From NCBI GenBank assembly GCA_044369215.1, contig JBIPMI010000001.1, positions 1 to 36,819 of the forward strand: a DNA stretch of 36,819 nucleotides. The letters are read 5' to 3'. Origin of the DNA: Bacteroidia bacterium. Lineage in GTDB: Bacteria; Bacteroidota; Bacteroidia; UKL13-3. Position numbers and translations under genes: made by a program. Below the pieces are notes generated by a model. That model was not told the DNA's origin, made no database searches, and saw nothing but the letters and a program-made list of their open reading frames with translations. Shown here in pieces: positions 17,841 to 27,419 of the stretch; within the stretch, counting starts at the first letter, position 1; the number at the start of each line of letters is the position of its first letter.

Positions 17841-20800
17841 TTATAATTTGAAATTTCTAATGGCTTTTAGTGGATTAAATGCATTTAAATTTAAATTAAA
17901 GCTTGTCCTCTGAAAAAAGCCAGTTTGTCCATTTGCCTCCCAATAAGATTTTACCTCTTCACTACTAGCGAATTCAAGTGGGAAATATATTCTGAAAATG
18001 TCTTTGTAAATTTGTAAATATATTCCTCCAGAATAAGTTGTCTGGTTTACATACTCGTTTTTAGAAGTGCTAGTATTAAAAGTATTTACTGGACTATAAT
18101 TTATATCGTAATAAAAGCCAATAGGAATTGGAATTTTTGGAACTGGAATGGTAAAATTAGCTGCAATAATCCACTTGTCAGTATTTCCAACATTGGCAAA
18201 ATTTCGAAATCCTGCATCCCGCATAATAATTTGATTTGCATAAACTGAGTTAACTGAGTTTGATCGAGGATATTCAGATCTGGCAAACATGGTTTGGTCG
18301 TATAAATAATCATTTTCTCCTGCTGTACCGCCCAAATTAAAGAAACTTCTTTCTTGGTTTAATTCATTAATTGTATTACCTGCTCCTTCGAATTGTTTAA
18401 AGAACATACCTCCAAAAAATCTGATACTTGCTTTTTTCTTGCCGTCTTTATACAATAATCCTTGTTCAACTGTAATGGCTAATCTGCTAATTTCACTGTT
18501 TTTTAGTCCTGATTGATAATCAATTTGTGCGTTAATTGGATACAATTTGTAATCTCTAGCATACTGGTAATTGATATTAAATATTCCTCTATGGTTTTTA
18601 AAATCATTGAAATATGAACTTCCAACTTTTTGTTCATTAACCATCACATATCTTAATGTTACACTTTGTTCAATATTTGAACGAGGGTTTTTGGGTTTCA
18701 ATTGGAATCTCACAAATGGCTCAAATTTTTCATAAGTACCAGCTTCATTGTTTACGTATGAATTTGAATCATTAACGGTTTTATTAAAATAAGCTCTATT
18801 TCCAAATCGGGCAAATTTGGCTCCAACCTGAATATTTTTTATCTTAGATTGAAGTGGGTAAAAGTTATGCCAGTATTGAGCATATCCATTTAAATCTTTG
18901 GTTTCGAAGCTATACAATGGAGTAAAAACATATTCATTTTTTGCTTGAGGAATCAAACTATTATAAAAGCCAATACCCAGCATACTTTTATTGTAGTTAT
19001 TCCAAGCATATAATGGCATAATAAATGTCTTTTTCATTTTAGGACTTTCTAAACCTAAAATAGGTTTGATTTTCCATGGAGTACCGAAGAATAATGAATT
19101 TGTTCTAACAAAATTATTTCCTTGATAGCATTCTAAAGGCGCCTCTCTAAATGCTATTCTAAAAATTAGGTTTTTCTTATCTGTTTCACTGATTTTACCA
19201 TAGTTTTCGAATGATTCAAAACTTACTTTATTAGCGGCATTAGCTTCAAACCATTTTGTTTCAACTAAACTATCTCCAATAAACATACTTATTGGAACCG
19301 GCCCTTTTAATGAACCCACATTATAGAATTTCAGTCCGTTTTTGATTTTACTAAGTTTAATATCCTGTTTCTTTTCACTACCTAAAACATCATTAAAGAA
19401 CCATGATAAGTCTTTGCCAGTAAATTTATTCGCATGATTAATAAAATCTTGTGGGAGGGGATGTTTAAATTTCCATTTTTCATAATACGATTGCATCATT
19501 TCATCAAAAACTTTTGTACCCAAGTACGATTGCAGGTAGCTAAATGCCAATGGATTTTTTGCATAAATAATTCCTCCGTAATTGGCATCTGAATAAACTG
19601 AACTATGCAGATTTCCAGCTTGGTCTTCATTTTTCCTGGCACTTAATTCATACATAAGTTTTGACTGGTCAATATCTTTTATCCCCAATTTTATCCCGCC
19701 AATACTTGCAATTCCATCCTCGTTTTTCTTACCATCTCTCGATAATCTGTTTTCATAATAAGTATTTAAACTTTCGTCCATCCAAGGATAATCTCTCTCA
19801 TTTGAACCAAGAATTCCATAAAACCAATTATGTCCTACTTCATGAATAATGGTCGTTTTATCAATACTCTGACAATTTGTAATGGTTGGATATTCCATTC
19901 CGCCGCCGGATTCCAAAGGAGTAATAACAACTGTGGCATGTGAATAAGGATATTCACCTACTTTTTTACTGTAAAAGTCTATAGCATCATTAATATATTC
20001 AACTCCCTTTTTTCTTTTTTCTTTGTCTTGATTTTCGCTTAATAACCAAGTATCAACTATTTTACCTGAGTTTAATTTCACTTCACTTTTATTAATCAGG
20101 AAATTTTTTCCGCAAAACCAGGCAAAATCATGCACACTATCTTGAATAAACAAAAGTTTTTTAGTGCTTCCAACTGCAGGATTTTCAACTTTAGGGTTTT
20201 CAACTTTTTCCTTCCACCAATTGATTTCTTCTGGATTTTGAAGGTTTCCGGTGGCAGCTAAAACATAATCTTTAGGTACTTCAATTTCAACTTCGAATCT
20301 TCCAAATTCACTGTAAAATTCGCCTTGGTCTAAGTACGACATTGGATTCCAGCCATTTGCATCATATACTGCTGGTTTTGGAAACCACTGACTAATACAG
20401 TAAATTCCGTTTTCTACACCTGCGCGGCTGTAGATTTTACCGGGTAATTTGACTACAAATGGAGTAGTAAATGTGAGTTTTTGGCCTGGTAAAAGCGCTT
20501 GTGGAAGCCTTATTCTGGCATAATCCAGTTCTTTTTCAAAAAGTAATTCTATAGGAATTCCATTTATTTGAGGTTTTAAGGAATCTATCCAGCCATGCAT
20601 TTCCTCTTTAGCAAAAAATAAATCAGTTACGCCATTTTCTAATTGTTGTTTTACCAATGGTGTTTTATTGTCTTTGTAAGCATTCGGCCATAAATGCAGA
20701 TAAAATTCATAAATGATTTCAGGCGAATTATTGGTATAAATGAATTGCTCAAATCCTTTTAAGCTGCGGTTGGTGGTGTCTAATTCAACTTGTATAGAAT

Positions 20801-20909
20801 AGTCTACATGTTGCTGCCACTTTGCCTGATTTTGCTTTTTTGGCAAAGTTTGTGATACTACAGAGCTCGTATACAAAGTTAATAGTAGTAATAAGGAATT
20901 TAATTTCAT
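17841..20909 (-). CDS. M1-family (gluzincin) metallopeptidase with long C-terminal extension
   Basis: HEVGHNWFYGILGSNERDYPWMDE is HEXXH-X18-E, with an upstream GGGMEYP (GXMEN-like). I place the start at ATG 20909 (MKLNSLLLLLTLYTSSVVSQ signal peptide) rather than the track's 20963. About 480 aa follow the catalytic domain. Confidence 0.85.
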   Translation of the reverse strand: MKLNSLLLLLTLYTSSVVSQTLPKKQNQAKWQQHVDYSIQVELDTTNRSLKGFEQFIYTNNSPEIIYEFYLHLWPNAYKDNKTPLVKQQLENGVTDLFFAKEEMHGWIDSLKPQINGIPIELLFEKELDYARIRLPQALLPGQKLTFTTPFVVKLPGKIYSRAGVENGIYCISQWFPKPAVYDANGWNPMSYLDQGEFYSEFGRFEVEIEVPKDYVLAATGNLQNPEEINWWKEKVENPKVENPAVGSTKKLLFIQDSVHDFAWFCGKNFLINKSEVKLNSGKIVDTWLLSENQDKEKRKKGVEYINDAIDFYSKKVGEYPYSHATVVITPLESGGGMEYPTITNCQSIDKTTIIHEVGHNWFYGILGSNERDYPWMDESLNTYYENRLSRDGKKNEDGIASIGGIKLGIKDIDQSKLMYELSARKNEDQAGNLHSSVYSDANYGGIIYAKNPLAFSYLQSYLGTKVFDEMMQSYYEKWKFKHPLPQDFINHANKFTGKDLSWFFNDVLGSEKKQDIKLSKIKNGLKFYNVGSLKGPVPISMFIGDSLVETKWFEANAANKVSFESFENYGKISETDKKNLIFRIAFREAPLECYQGNNFVRTNSLFFGTPWKIKPILGLESPKMKKTFIMPLYAWNNYNKSMLGIGFYNSLIPQAKNEYVFTPLYSFETKDLNGYAQYWHNFYPLQSKIKNIQVGAKFARFGNRAYFNKTVNDSNSYVNNEAGTYEKFEPFVRFQLKPKNPRSNIEQSVTLRYVMVNEQKVGSSYFNDFKNHRGIFNINYQYARDYKLYPINAQIDYQSGLKNSEISRLAITVEQGLLYKDGKKKASIRFFGGMFFKQFEGAGNTINELNQERSFFNLGGTAGENDYLYDQTMFARSEYPRSNSVNSVYANQIIMRDAGFRNFANVGNTDKWIIAANFTIPVPKIPIPIGFYYDINYSPVNTFNTSTSKNEYVNQTTYSGGIYLQIYKDIFRIYFPLEFASSEEVKSYWEANGQTGFFQRTSFNLNLNAFNPLKAIRNFKL

Positions 20910-21011
20910 TTTGCAATAATTTCTGTTAACGTAAAGTTCAAAAATTATAAAAAAATTTAACACTTCCGATACCGCTCATCAGGTTTGTTGGATTATTTTT
21001 GAAATATTAAT

Positions 21012-22424
21012 ATGTGGTCAATGGATGGAAACGATTTTTTAGGAGAAGAAACTGCCAATTTAGTGCAGAGATATGAGAAGATGCTAAGAAATAAGTCCAA
21101 AGACTATTTTGAGGCAGAGGCAATAGAGGCAATTGCAGATTATTATATCGCTCATGAGAAGTATAAAAAGGCTCAGGATGTAGTCAATTTTGGATTGGAA
21201 CTCTATCCAAATCATGTTGGATTCTGGATTAAAATGGCAGAAGTTTTTGTTTACCTGGAAAGGTTTGAAGAAGCCAGAGAAGAGCTTGAAAGAGCAGAAT
21301 TATATGAGCCGTTTAATTCCGAAATTCTGTTTTTAAAAGGCGAAGTATATCTGGCTTTAAATGAATTGTCTGAGGCTGAAGACTGGTTTCAAAAAGCTCT
21401 TATTCATGGTGATGACAAAATTGATATGCTTTTTGAAATCGCTTATGTTTATCAGGATTACGACCATTTTGGAAAAGCATCAGAATATTTCGAAGAGATT
21501 ATTACACTTGAACCGGAATTAGATCAGGCTTATTATGAAGCTGCAAGTTGTTATGATTTAACCGGGCAGTATCCTAAAGCAGTTGCTTTGTTGAATAAAC
21601 TTATCGATCAGGAACCTTATAATTCATCTGCTTGGTATAATTTAGGTGTGATGTATAGCAAAATGAATAAAAATGAAAAGGCTATTGAGGCTTTTGATTT
21701 TTGTTTAGTGATTGATGAAGATTATTCAGTAGCTAAATTCAATAAAGCCAATTCACTTGTTGAATTAGATAGGTTTGAGGAAGCTTTGGCTGAATACCTT
21801 GATGTAGTGAAAATGGAAGGTGGTGATAGTATTACTTTTTGTAATATGGGCGGATGTTGTGAACGATTAAACAGGAATGAAGAAGCCCGTGAATATTACA
21901 AAAAGGCTGCAAAGTTAAACCCTAATGTTGCCGAGGCTTGGTTTGGTGTTGGACTCACTTATGATAAAGATGGTTTTAATAAAGAAGCGCTTCAATACTT
22001 TAAAAGAGCAATTTTATTGGAACCTGAAAATCCCGAGTATTTACTCGTTTTGGCAGAGTGTGAGTTTAGAATGGGCTATAAAAAGGAAGCAGAAGCAATA
22101 TATTTAAAAATTACAGAGATGGATCCGGGTTTAATGGAAGCCTGGCTTGACTGGAGTTTTGTCAAATACTCAGACAACGATATTCAAGCCGCAATTTCTC
22201 TATTGGAAAAAGCCATTTCTTACGATAATTTCTGCCACCAGTATCACTATAGAATGGTAGTTTATCTTTTTGAAAATTTGAGAATTAAAGAAGCTTTATC
22301 TCATTTAGAAACTGCACTAACTTTAAATCATGCCGATCATTTTTTAATGTTCGAAATTAAACCGGAATTGGCTAAAGTACACGAAATTACTCTGGCAATT
22401 GAGGCATTTCGTGAGGAGCTTTAA
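21012..22424 (+). CDS. Tetratricopeptide-repeat protein
   Basis: 470-aa ORF with many 34-aa TPR-like units (e.g. AWYNLGVMYSKMNKNEKAIEAFDFCLVIDEDY and AWFGVGLTYDKDGFNKEALQYFKRAILLEPEN). Confidence 0.85.
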   Translation: MWSMDGNDFLGEETANLVQRYEKMLRNKSKDYFEAEAIEAIADYYIAHEKYKKAQDVVNFGLELYPNHVGFWIKMAEVFVYLERFEEAREELERAELYEPFNSEILFLKGEVYLALNELSEAEDWFQKALIHGDDKIDMLFEIAYVYQDYDHFGKASEYFEEIITLEPELDQAYYEAASCYDLTGQYPKAVALLNKLIDQEPYNSSAWYNLGVMYSKMNKNEKAIEAFDFCLVIDEDYSVAKFNKANSLVELDRFEEALAEYLDVVKMEGGDSITFCNMGGCCERLNRNEEAREYYKKAAKLNPNVAEAWFGVGLTYDKDGFNKEALQYFKRAILLEPENPEYLLVLAECEFRMGYKKEAEAIYLKITEMDPGLMEAWLDWSFVKYSDNDIQAAISLLEKAISYDNFCHQYHYRMVVYLFENLRIKEALSHLETALTLNHADHFLMFEIKPELAKVHEITLAIEAFREEL

Positions 22425-22602
22425 TCCTGTTTTTTATTTTGATTTTTATCCATTTGATTGAATTCGAAATTCCTAATATCAATAAACAAGTTGCGATAAT
22501 TAGTCCATAACTTAACATTACTTCAGTTGAAGTACCTGTTGGACTATTCAAGCAAAAAGAAGAGACTGGTGCAAGTAAAAAAACAAGTAATAATTTTTTC
22601 AT
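22387..22602 (-). CDS. Possible small membrane protein (71 aa)
   Basis: MKKLLLVFLLAPVSSF signal-like N-terminus, a second hydrophobic segment GLIIATCLLILGI, then a basic tail KIKIKNRIK. Its 3' end overlaps the convergent TPR gene by 38 nt. I recognise no family. Confidence 0.3.
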   Translation of the reverse strand: MKKLLLVFLLAPVSSFCLNSPTGTSTEVMLSYGLIIATCLLILGISNSIKWIKIKIKNRIKAPHEMPQLPE

Positions 22603-22755
22603 TCTTGAAATACACTTTACTGATTATTAAGTTCAATTTAATGAAAATTGAATTTAATAGTCCATATTCACCTCAATTAGTGCGTAAAATCAACATGAAA
22701 ACAAAGATATTCCATGAAAAAGAATTTATTTTCGCCCAGTTAATTATAAAATAAG

Positions 22756-23547
22756 ATGAAGAATTTTAAGTTAAAACATATTCCTGAGCGTCCGGAAAAA
22801 CCTAGAAACAAGGGTTTAACTATGGTAATGGATAAAGGTTTAAGTATCCGTGAAGCTGAAGATTTAATTGCTGTTAGTGGAGAATATACCGACATAGTTA
22901 AATTAGGATTCGGAACATCTTATGTAACACCTCGACTTCAGGAAAAGATTAAACTTTATCAGGATAATGGAATGATAGTTTACTTTGGAGGTACTTTATT
23001 TGAAGCTTATTTGGTTAGAAATCAGTTTGAAGATTATATAAAGGTTTTAGATAAATATGGAATGAATCATGCAGAGATTTCTGATGGTTCCATTGAACTG
23101 CCTCATGATTTAAAATTGGATTATATCGATAAGCTAAGTCAATATGTAACTGTTTTATCTGAAGTTGGAAGTAAAGATGTAGAGAAAATTATTCCACCTT
23201 ATCAATGGATTGAACTGATGCAAAGTGAACTTCAGGCTGGTGCTTGGAAGGTAATTGCCGAGGCCAGAGAAGCAGGAAATGTTGGTGTTTACAGAAGTAG
23301 TGGAGAAGTTCGTGAAGGTTTAGTTCAGGAAATTCTAACAAAAATTCCTGAAGAGAATATTATTTGGGAAGCCCCGCAAAAAGCACAACAAACTTATTTT
23401 ATTAAATTAGTTGGGGCCAATGTTAACCTTGGTAATATTGCTCCAAATGATATCATTCCATTAGAAACATTGAGATTGGGATTAAGAAGTGATACATTTA
23501 GTTTCTTTTTGGGCAAAGGCTCAAAGTTTATTCCTAAGAAAAAGTAA
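22756..23547 (+). CDS. comA: (2R)-phospho-3-sulfolactate synthase
   Basis: 263-aa ORF collinear with the recalled archaeal ComA sequence: GLTMVMDKGL, DIVKLGFGTSYV, VYFGGTLFE, AEISDGS, EVGSK, WEAPQKAQQ, NVNLGNIAPNDIIPLETLRLGLRSDTF. Confidence 0.9.
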   Translation: MKNFKLKHIPERPEKPRNKGLTMVMDKGLSIREAEDLIAVSGEYTDIVKLGFGTSYVTPRLQEKIKLYQDNGMIVYFGGTLFEAYLVRNQFEDYIKVLDKYGMNHAEISDGSIELPHDLKLDYIDKLSQYVTVLSEVGSKDVEKIIPPYQWIELMQSELQAGAWKVIAEAREAGNVGVYRSSGEVREGLVQEILTKIPEENIIWEAPQKAQQTYFIKLVGANVNLGNIAPNDIIPLETLRLGLRSDTFSFFLGKGSKFIPKKK

Positions 23548-23609
23548 GTATTTGAATTCATTCAAATATTTTGTTGATTTGATTTCAAAAAAGATTAGAG
23601 TAAGAGAAT

Positions 23610-24059
23610 ATGAGTTTACAAACGCAGGTAAATGCCGATATCATAACGGCAATGAAAGCAAAAGATGAAGTGAGTTTAAGAGCTTTAAGAGGACTTAAAT
23701 CTGCCATGTTATTGGCGGGTTCAGAAGCTGGTGCAAATGGTGTAGTGGAAGATGAACAAGCAATTAAGATTTTCCAGAAACTTGCCAAGCAACGTAAAGA
23801 ATCTTTGGATATTTATATTCAGAATAAAAGAGAAGATTTAGCAAAAACAGAAGCAGAAGAACTTGCAGTAATCGAAAAATACCTTCCAAAACAATTAACT
23901 GAAGAAGAAATTACAGTTGAGTTAAAACAATTACTTGCTGATGCGGGTGCTGTTTCAGCTGCAGATTTTGGAAAAGTAATGCCGCTTGCAATGAAAGCAT
24001 TTGCAGGTAGAGCTGATGGAAAAATCATTTCTGCATTAATAAAGTCGTTATTGGCGTAA
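23610..24059 (+). CDS. GatB/YqeY domain protein
   Basis: 149-aa ORF with LQTQVNADIITAMKAKDEVSLRALRGLKSAM and IEKYLPKQLTEEEI, typical of the YqeY family. Confidence 0.9.
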   Translation: MSLQTQVNADIITAMKAKDEVSLRALRGLKSAMLLAGSEAGANGVVEDEQAIKIFQKLAKQRKESLDIYIQNKREDLAKTEAEELAVIEKYLPKQLTEEEITVELKQLLADAGAVSAADFGKVMPLAMKAFAGRADGKIISALIKSLLA

Positions 24060-24081
24060 TTTTTATATTTTTATAAATGTG

Positions 24082-24104
24082 AATGGGCATCTCTGATGCC
24101 CATT
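24082..24104 (+). terminator. Hairpin terminator after the YqeY-domain gene
   Basis: 10-bp stem aatgggcatc / gatgcccatt with a 3-nt loop, 22 nt after the stop. The T-tract is weak (ttgtgtg). The hairpin ends 1 nt before the track's GTG start (24106) of the next ORF, so that extension would begin at the foot of the stem. This supports ATG 24124 as the real start. Confidence 0.6.
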
Positions 24105-24123
24105 TGTGTGTAAATTAAATGAT

Positions 24124-24831
24124 ATGACAGAAGAAGAAAGAATTAAAAGAGCCTTTCAAAAAAAGGATTGGCCAGAAATTAAAGTGAGTGATAGCTGGGC
24201 TACTTTCAAAATTATGGCCGAGTTTGTTGAGGGCTTTGAAAAAATGAGTAAAATTGGTCCTTGTGTTTCAGTTTTTGGCTCTGCCAGAACTAAAAACGAT
24301 AACAAGTATTACCTGTTGGCTGAGGAAATTGGGCGAAAGCTTGTTTCTGCCGGTTTTGGTGTTATAACAGGTGGTGGACCCGGCATTATGGAGGCCGGTA
24401 ATAAAGGTGCTTTTGAGGCTGGTGGAAAATCAGTTGGATTAAATATTGAACTGCCTTTTGAGCAATTTCATAACCGTTATATCGACCACGATAAAAATAT
24501 TAATTTTGATTACTTTTTTGTTAGAAAGGTGATGTTCGTTAAGTATGCCCAAGGCTTTATAGCAATGCCAGGTGGATTTGGTACACTTGATGAATTATTC
24601 GAATCTTTAACTCTCATTCAAACCCATAAGGTTGCTCGTTTTCCGGTTGTTCTCGTTGGAAGTGAATTCTGGGGTGGGTTGTTAGATTGGATGAAAAATA
24701 CCATGTGTGAAAAAGAAAAAAATATTAATTCGGAGGATATGTTCCTGTTTAAAGTAGTGGATACTGCTGAGGATGCTGTTAATCATATTCTCGACTACTA
24801 CTCAGAAATGAGTATCAGACCAAATTTTTAG
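24124..24831 (+). CDS. LOG-family (TIGR00730) nucleotide phosphoribohydrolase
   Basis: GGGPGIMEAGNKGA and MPGGFGTLDELFE (the PGGxGTxxE motif). I place the start at MTEEERIK. Confidence 0.9.
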   Translation: MTEEERIKRAFQKKDWPEIKVSDSWATFKIMAEFVEGFEKMSKIGPCVSVFGSARTKNDNKYYLLAEEIGRKLVSAGFGVITGGGPGIMEAGNKGAFEAGGKSVGLNIELPFEQFHNRYIDHDKNINFDYFFVRKVMFVKYAQGFIAMPGGFGTLDELFESLTLIQTHKVARFPVVLVGSEFWGGLLDWMKNTMCEKEKNINSEDMFLFKVVDTAEDAVNHILDYYSEMSIRPNF

Positions 24832-24959
24832 TTTTTAGTTTTAACCTGATTAAACAATTTTCTACAATTTTTAATTGAGTTGTGACTTTGTTTTAATTAG
24901 GAATTTCAATTAAAATACAAGTATAAGTAGTTCGTTTTTCGGACAAAAAAATATTGATA

Positions 24960-27218
24960 ATGAGTTCATTAAAAGAAGATTCCTTAAGTTATCATAGCAA
25001 AGGAAGACCGGGAAAAATTGCTGTAGTTTCTACAAAACCGACTAATACTAAAAGAGATTTAAGTTTAGCATATTCGCCCGGTGTTGCTGAACCGTGTTTG
25101 GCTATTGCTGAAAAACCTGAAGATGTTTACAAATACACTGCCAAAGGAAATCTGGTTGCAGTAATATCAAATGGTACTGCTGTTTTAGGTTTGGGTGATA
25201 TTGGTCCAGAAGCCTCCAAACCTGTTATGGAAGGTAAGGGCGTTCTTTTCAAAATCTTTGCTGATATTGATGTCTTCGATATAGAAATCAACACAAAGGA
25301 TACAGAGGAATTTATTCAAACAGTAAAAAATATTGCATGCACTTTTGGTGGAATTAATCTTGAAGATATAAAGGCACCCGAGTGTTTTGAAATTGAAAGA
25401 CGTTTGAAAGAGGAATTGGATATACCTATTATGCATGATGACCAGCATGGTACTGCAATTATTACCGGTGCTGCTTTGTTAAATGCCTTAGTTGTTGTTG
25501 GAAAGAAGATTGAGGATGTTCAGGTAGTTTATAATGGTGCCGGTGCTTCTGCTATTAGCTGTGCAAAAATTATGCAGGCATTGGGTGTAAAACCTGAAAA
25601 CTTGGTGATGTGTGATAGCAAAGGTGTTATAAGAAATGACAATCCAAATTTAGATTCAAATAAGCAACAATTCGCTACATCAAGAGATATCAAAACATTA
25701 CAGGATGCAATGATAAATGCAGATGTTTTTGTTGGTTTATCTAAGGCTGATGTTGTTACTCCAGATATGCTCAGAACAATGAATAAGGATTGTGTAGTTT
25801 TTGCATTAGCTAATCCAAATCCTGAAATTTCTTATGAGCTGGCTATGTCTTCTCGTCCTGATATTATTATGTGTACAGGAAGAAGTGATCATCCTAATCA
25901 GGTAAACAATGTTTTAGGTTTTCCTTATATTTTTAGAGGTGCTTTAGATGTAAGAGCAACTAAGATTACCGAAGAAATGAAATTAGCTGCAGTTTATGCT
26001 TTGGCTAATCTGGCAAAAGAACCTGTTCCTGAAATTGTACTTCTTGCCTATGATGAAAAGAATGTAACTTTTGGTAAAACCTATATCATTCCAAAACCAA
26101 TCGATCCTCGATTAATAACTACTGTTTCACCTGCTGTTGCCAAAGCGGCTATGGAATCAGGAGTTGCTAAAAATCCTATTACTGATTGGGAAGCTTATCA
26201 CAACCAATTATTAAATCGTTTAGGAAGAGAAAATAATTTTATTAGAGCATTGTCTGATAAAGCCAAACAGAATCCAAAACGTGTCGTATTTAGTGAAGCT
26301 GATAACTATAAAATTCTCAGAGCTGCACAAATTGTTAAAGATGATGGAATTGCTATTCCTATTTTATTGGGAAATAGAAATAAAATCCAGCAAATCATAG
26401 AAGAAAATCAAATCAACTTGGTTGATGTTCAAATCATCGATCCAATGGAAGAAGAGGCAAAACGTAATTCATACGCTGAGATTTTATACAAAAAAAGACA
26501 GCGCAGAGGAATGAGTTTGCATGAGGCAAAAAAGCTCATGCGCGACAGACATTATTTTGCTCCCATGATGGTAGAAACGGGTGAAGCGGATGCAATGATT
26601 TCTGGTTTAACAAAAAATTATCCTTCAACAATACGTCCTGCACTTCAAATTTTAGGTAAAGAAGAAAATACCTCAGTTGTTGCAGGTATGTATATTATGT
26701 TGAGTAAAAAGGGTACTTTGTTTTTCGCAGATTGCACAGTTAATCCGGTTCCAAGCGTAGATGAATTGGTAGATATTTCAAAGCTGGCTCACAATGCAGT
26801 TAAGAAATTCAATAGAAATCCAAGGATGGCATTACTTTCATATAGTAATTTTGGCTCAGCATCAGGTGATGTTCCAAGTAAAATGTCGGCAGTAAGAGAG
26901 CGTTTGAAAAAAGAATTTCCTTACATGGTAGTTGATGGTGAAATTCAAGCCAATATTGCTTTAAACCAAAAATTACTAAACGAGAATTTTCCATTTAGTG
27001 AGTTAAATGGTGAGCCCGTAAATACTTTGATTTTCCCATCATTATCAAGTGGAAACATTACTTATAAAATGTTACAGGAATTAGGTGCAGCAGAAGCGGT
27101 TGGTCCTGTTTTATTGGGATTAAAAAAATCGGCTCATGTGCTTCAATTGGGTAGTAGCATTCGTGAAATTGTAAATATGGTAACTATTGCTGTTGTTGAT
27201 GCACAAGCAAAGTCTTGA
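24960..27218 (+). CDS. maeB: NADP-dependent malic enzyme with C-terminal phosphotransacetylase-like domain
   Basis: About 752-aa ORF. The malic enzyme N-terminal and NAD(P)-binding regions ([36 protein letters not shown]) are followed by a roughly 330-aa PTA-like domain. I prefer ATG 24960 over the track's TTG at 24954. Confidence 0.93.
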   Translation: MSSLKEDSLSYHSKGRPGKIAVVSTKPTNTKRDLSLAYSPGVAEPCLAIAEKPEDVYKYTAKGNLVAVISNGTAVLGLGDIGPEASKPVMEGKGVLFKIFADIDVFDIEINTKDTEEFIQTVKNIACTFGGINLEDIKAPECFEIERRLKEELDIPIMHDDQHGTAIITGAALLNALVVVGKKIEDVQVVYNGAGASAISCAKIMQALGVKPENLVMCDSKGVIRNDNPNLDSNKQQFATSRDIKTLQDAMINADVFVGLSKADVVTPDMLRTMNKDCVVFALANPNPEISYELAMSSRPDIIMCTGRSDHPNQVNNVLGFPYIFRGALDVRATKITEEMKLAAVYALANLAKEPVPEIVLLAYDEKNVTFGKTYIIPKPIDPRLITTVSPAVAKAAMESGVAKNPITDWEAYHNQLLNRLGRENNFIRALSDKAKQNPKRVVFSEADNYKILRAAQIVKDDGIAIPILLGNRNKIQQIIEENQINLVDVQIIDPMEEEAKRNSYAEILYKKRQRRGMSLHEAKKLMRDRHYFAPMMVETGEADAMISGLTKNYPSTIRPALQILGKEENTSVVAGMYIMLSKKGTLFFADCTVNPVPSVDELVDISKLAHNAVKKFNRNPRMALLSYSNFGSASGDVPSKMSAVRERLKKEFPYMVVDGEIQANIALNQKLLNENFPFSELNGEPVNTLIFPSLSSGNITYKMLQELGAAEAVGPVLLGLKKSAHVLQLGSSIREIVNMVTIAVVDAQAKS

Positions 27219-27242
27219 TATTCTAAAACTCGTTTTATAAAG

Positions 27243-27279
27243 AAAGCCTGAAGCGTTTTGATATGCTTCAGGCTTTTTT
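27243..27279 (+). terminator. Rho-independent terminator of maeB
   Basis: 12-bp stem aaagcctgaagc / gcttcaggcttt followed by a T-run, 25 nt after the stop. Confidence 0.85.
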
Positions 27280-27419
27280 GTAATGTTATATCTACATTTA
27301 ACAAATTTTCAGGGAAAGAATATATTTTTATTTTTCGAAGGAATTCACCTGAATCATAGTCTAATGGATTTTATTATCTTGGTAAAAGCAATCTGAAACC
27401 AAGAATTAAACTATTCTAT

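Noticed and set aside
15808-19849. ORFs 15808..15999 (+), 16863..17054 (+), 18101..18313 (-) and 19661..19849 (+)
   Set aside because: They are nested in or antisense to the ALDH and M1 peptidase genes, with no support.
20994-21001. TATTTTTG, matching the Bacteroidetes -7 promoter consensus TAnnTTTG, 10 nt upstream of the TPR gene ATG
   Set aside because: There is no properly spaced -33 TTTG partner, and such AT-rich octamers are expected by chance here. I could not find convincing promoter motifs for other genes either, so I call no promoters.
21925-24028. ORFs 21925..22107 (+), 22527..22754 (+), 23585..23788 (-) and 23819..24028 (-)
   Set aside because: These are out-of-frame or antisense overlaps with the TPR and YqeY genes. 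The exception, 22527..22754, is an AT-rich intergenic reading frame with Lys/Ile/Phe-biased junk sequence.
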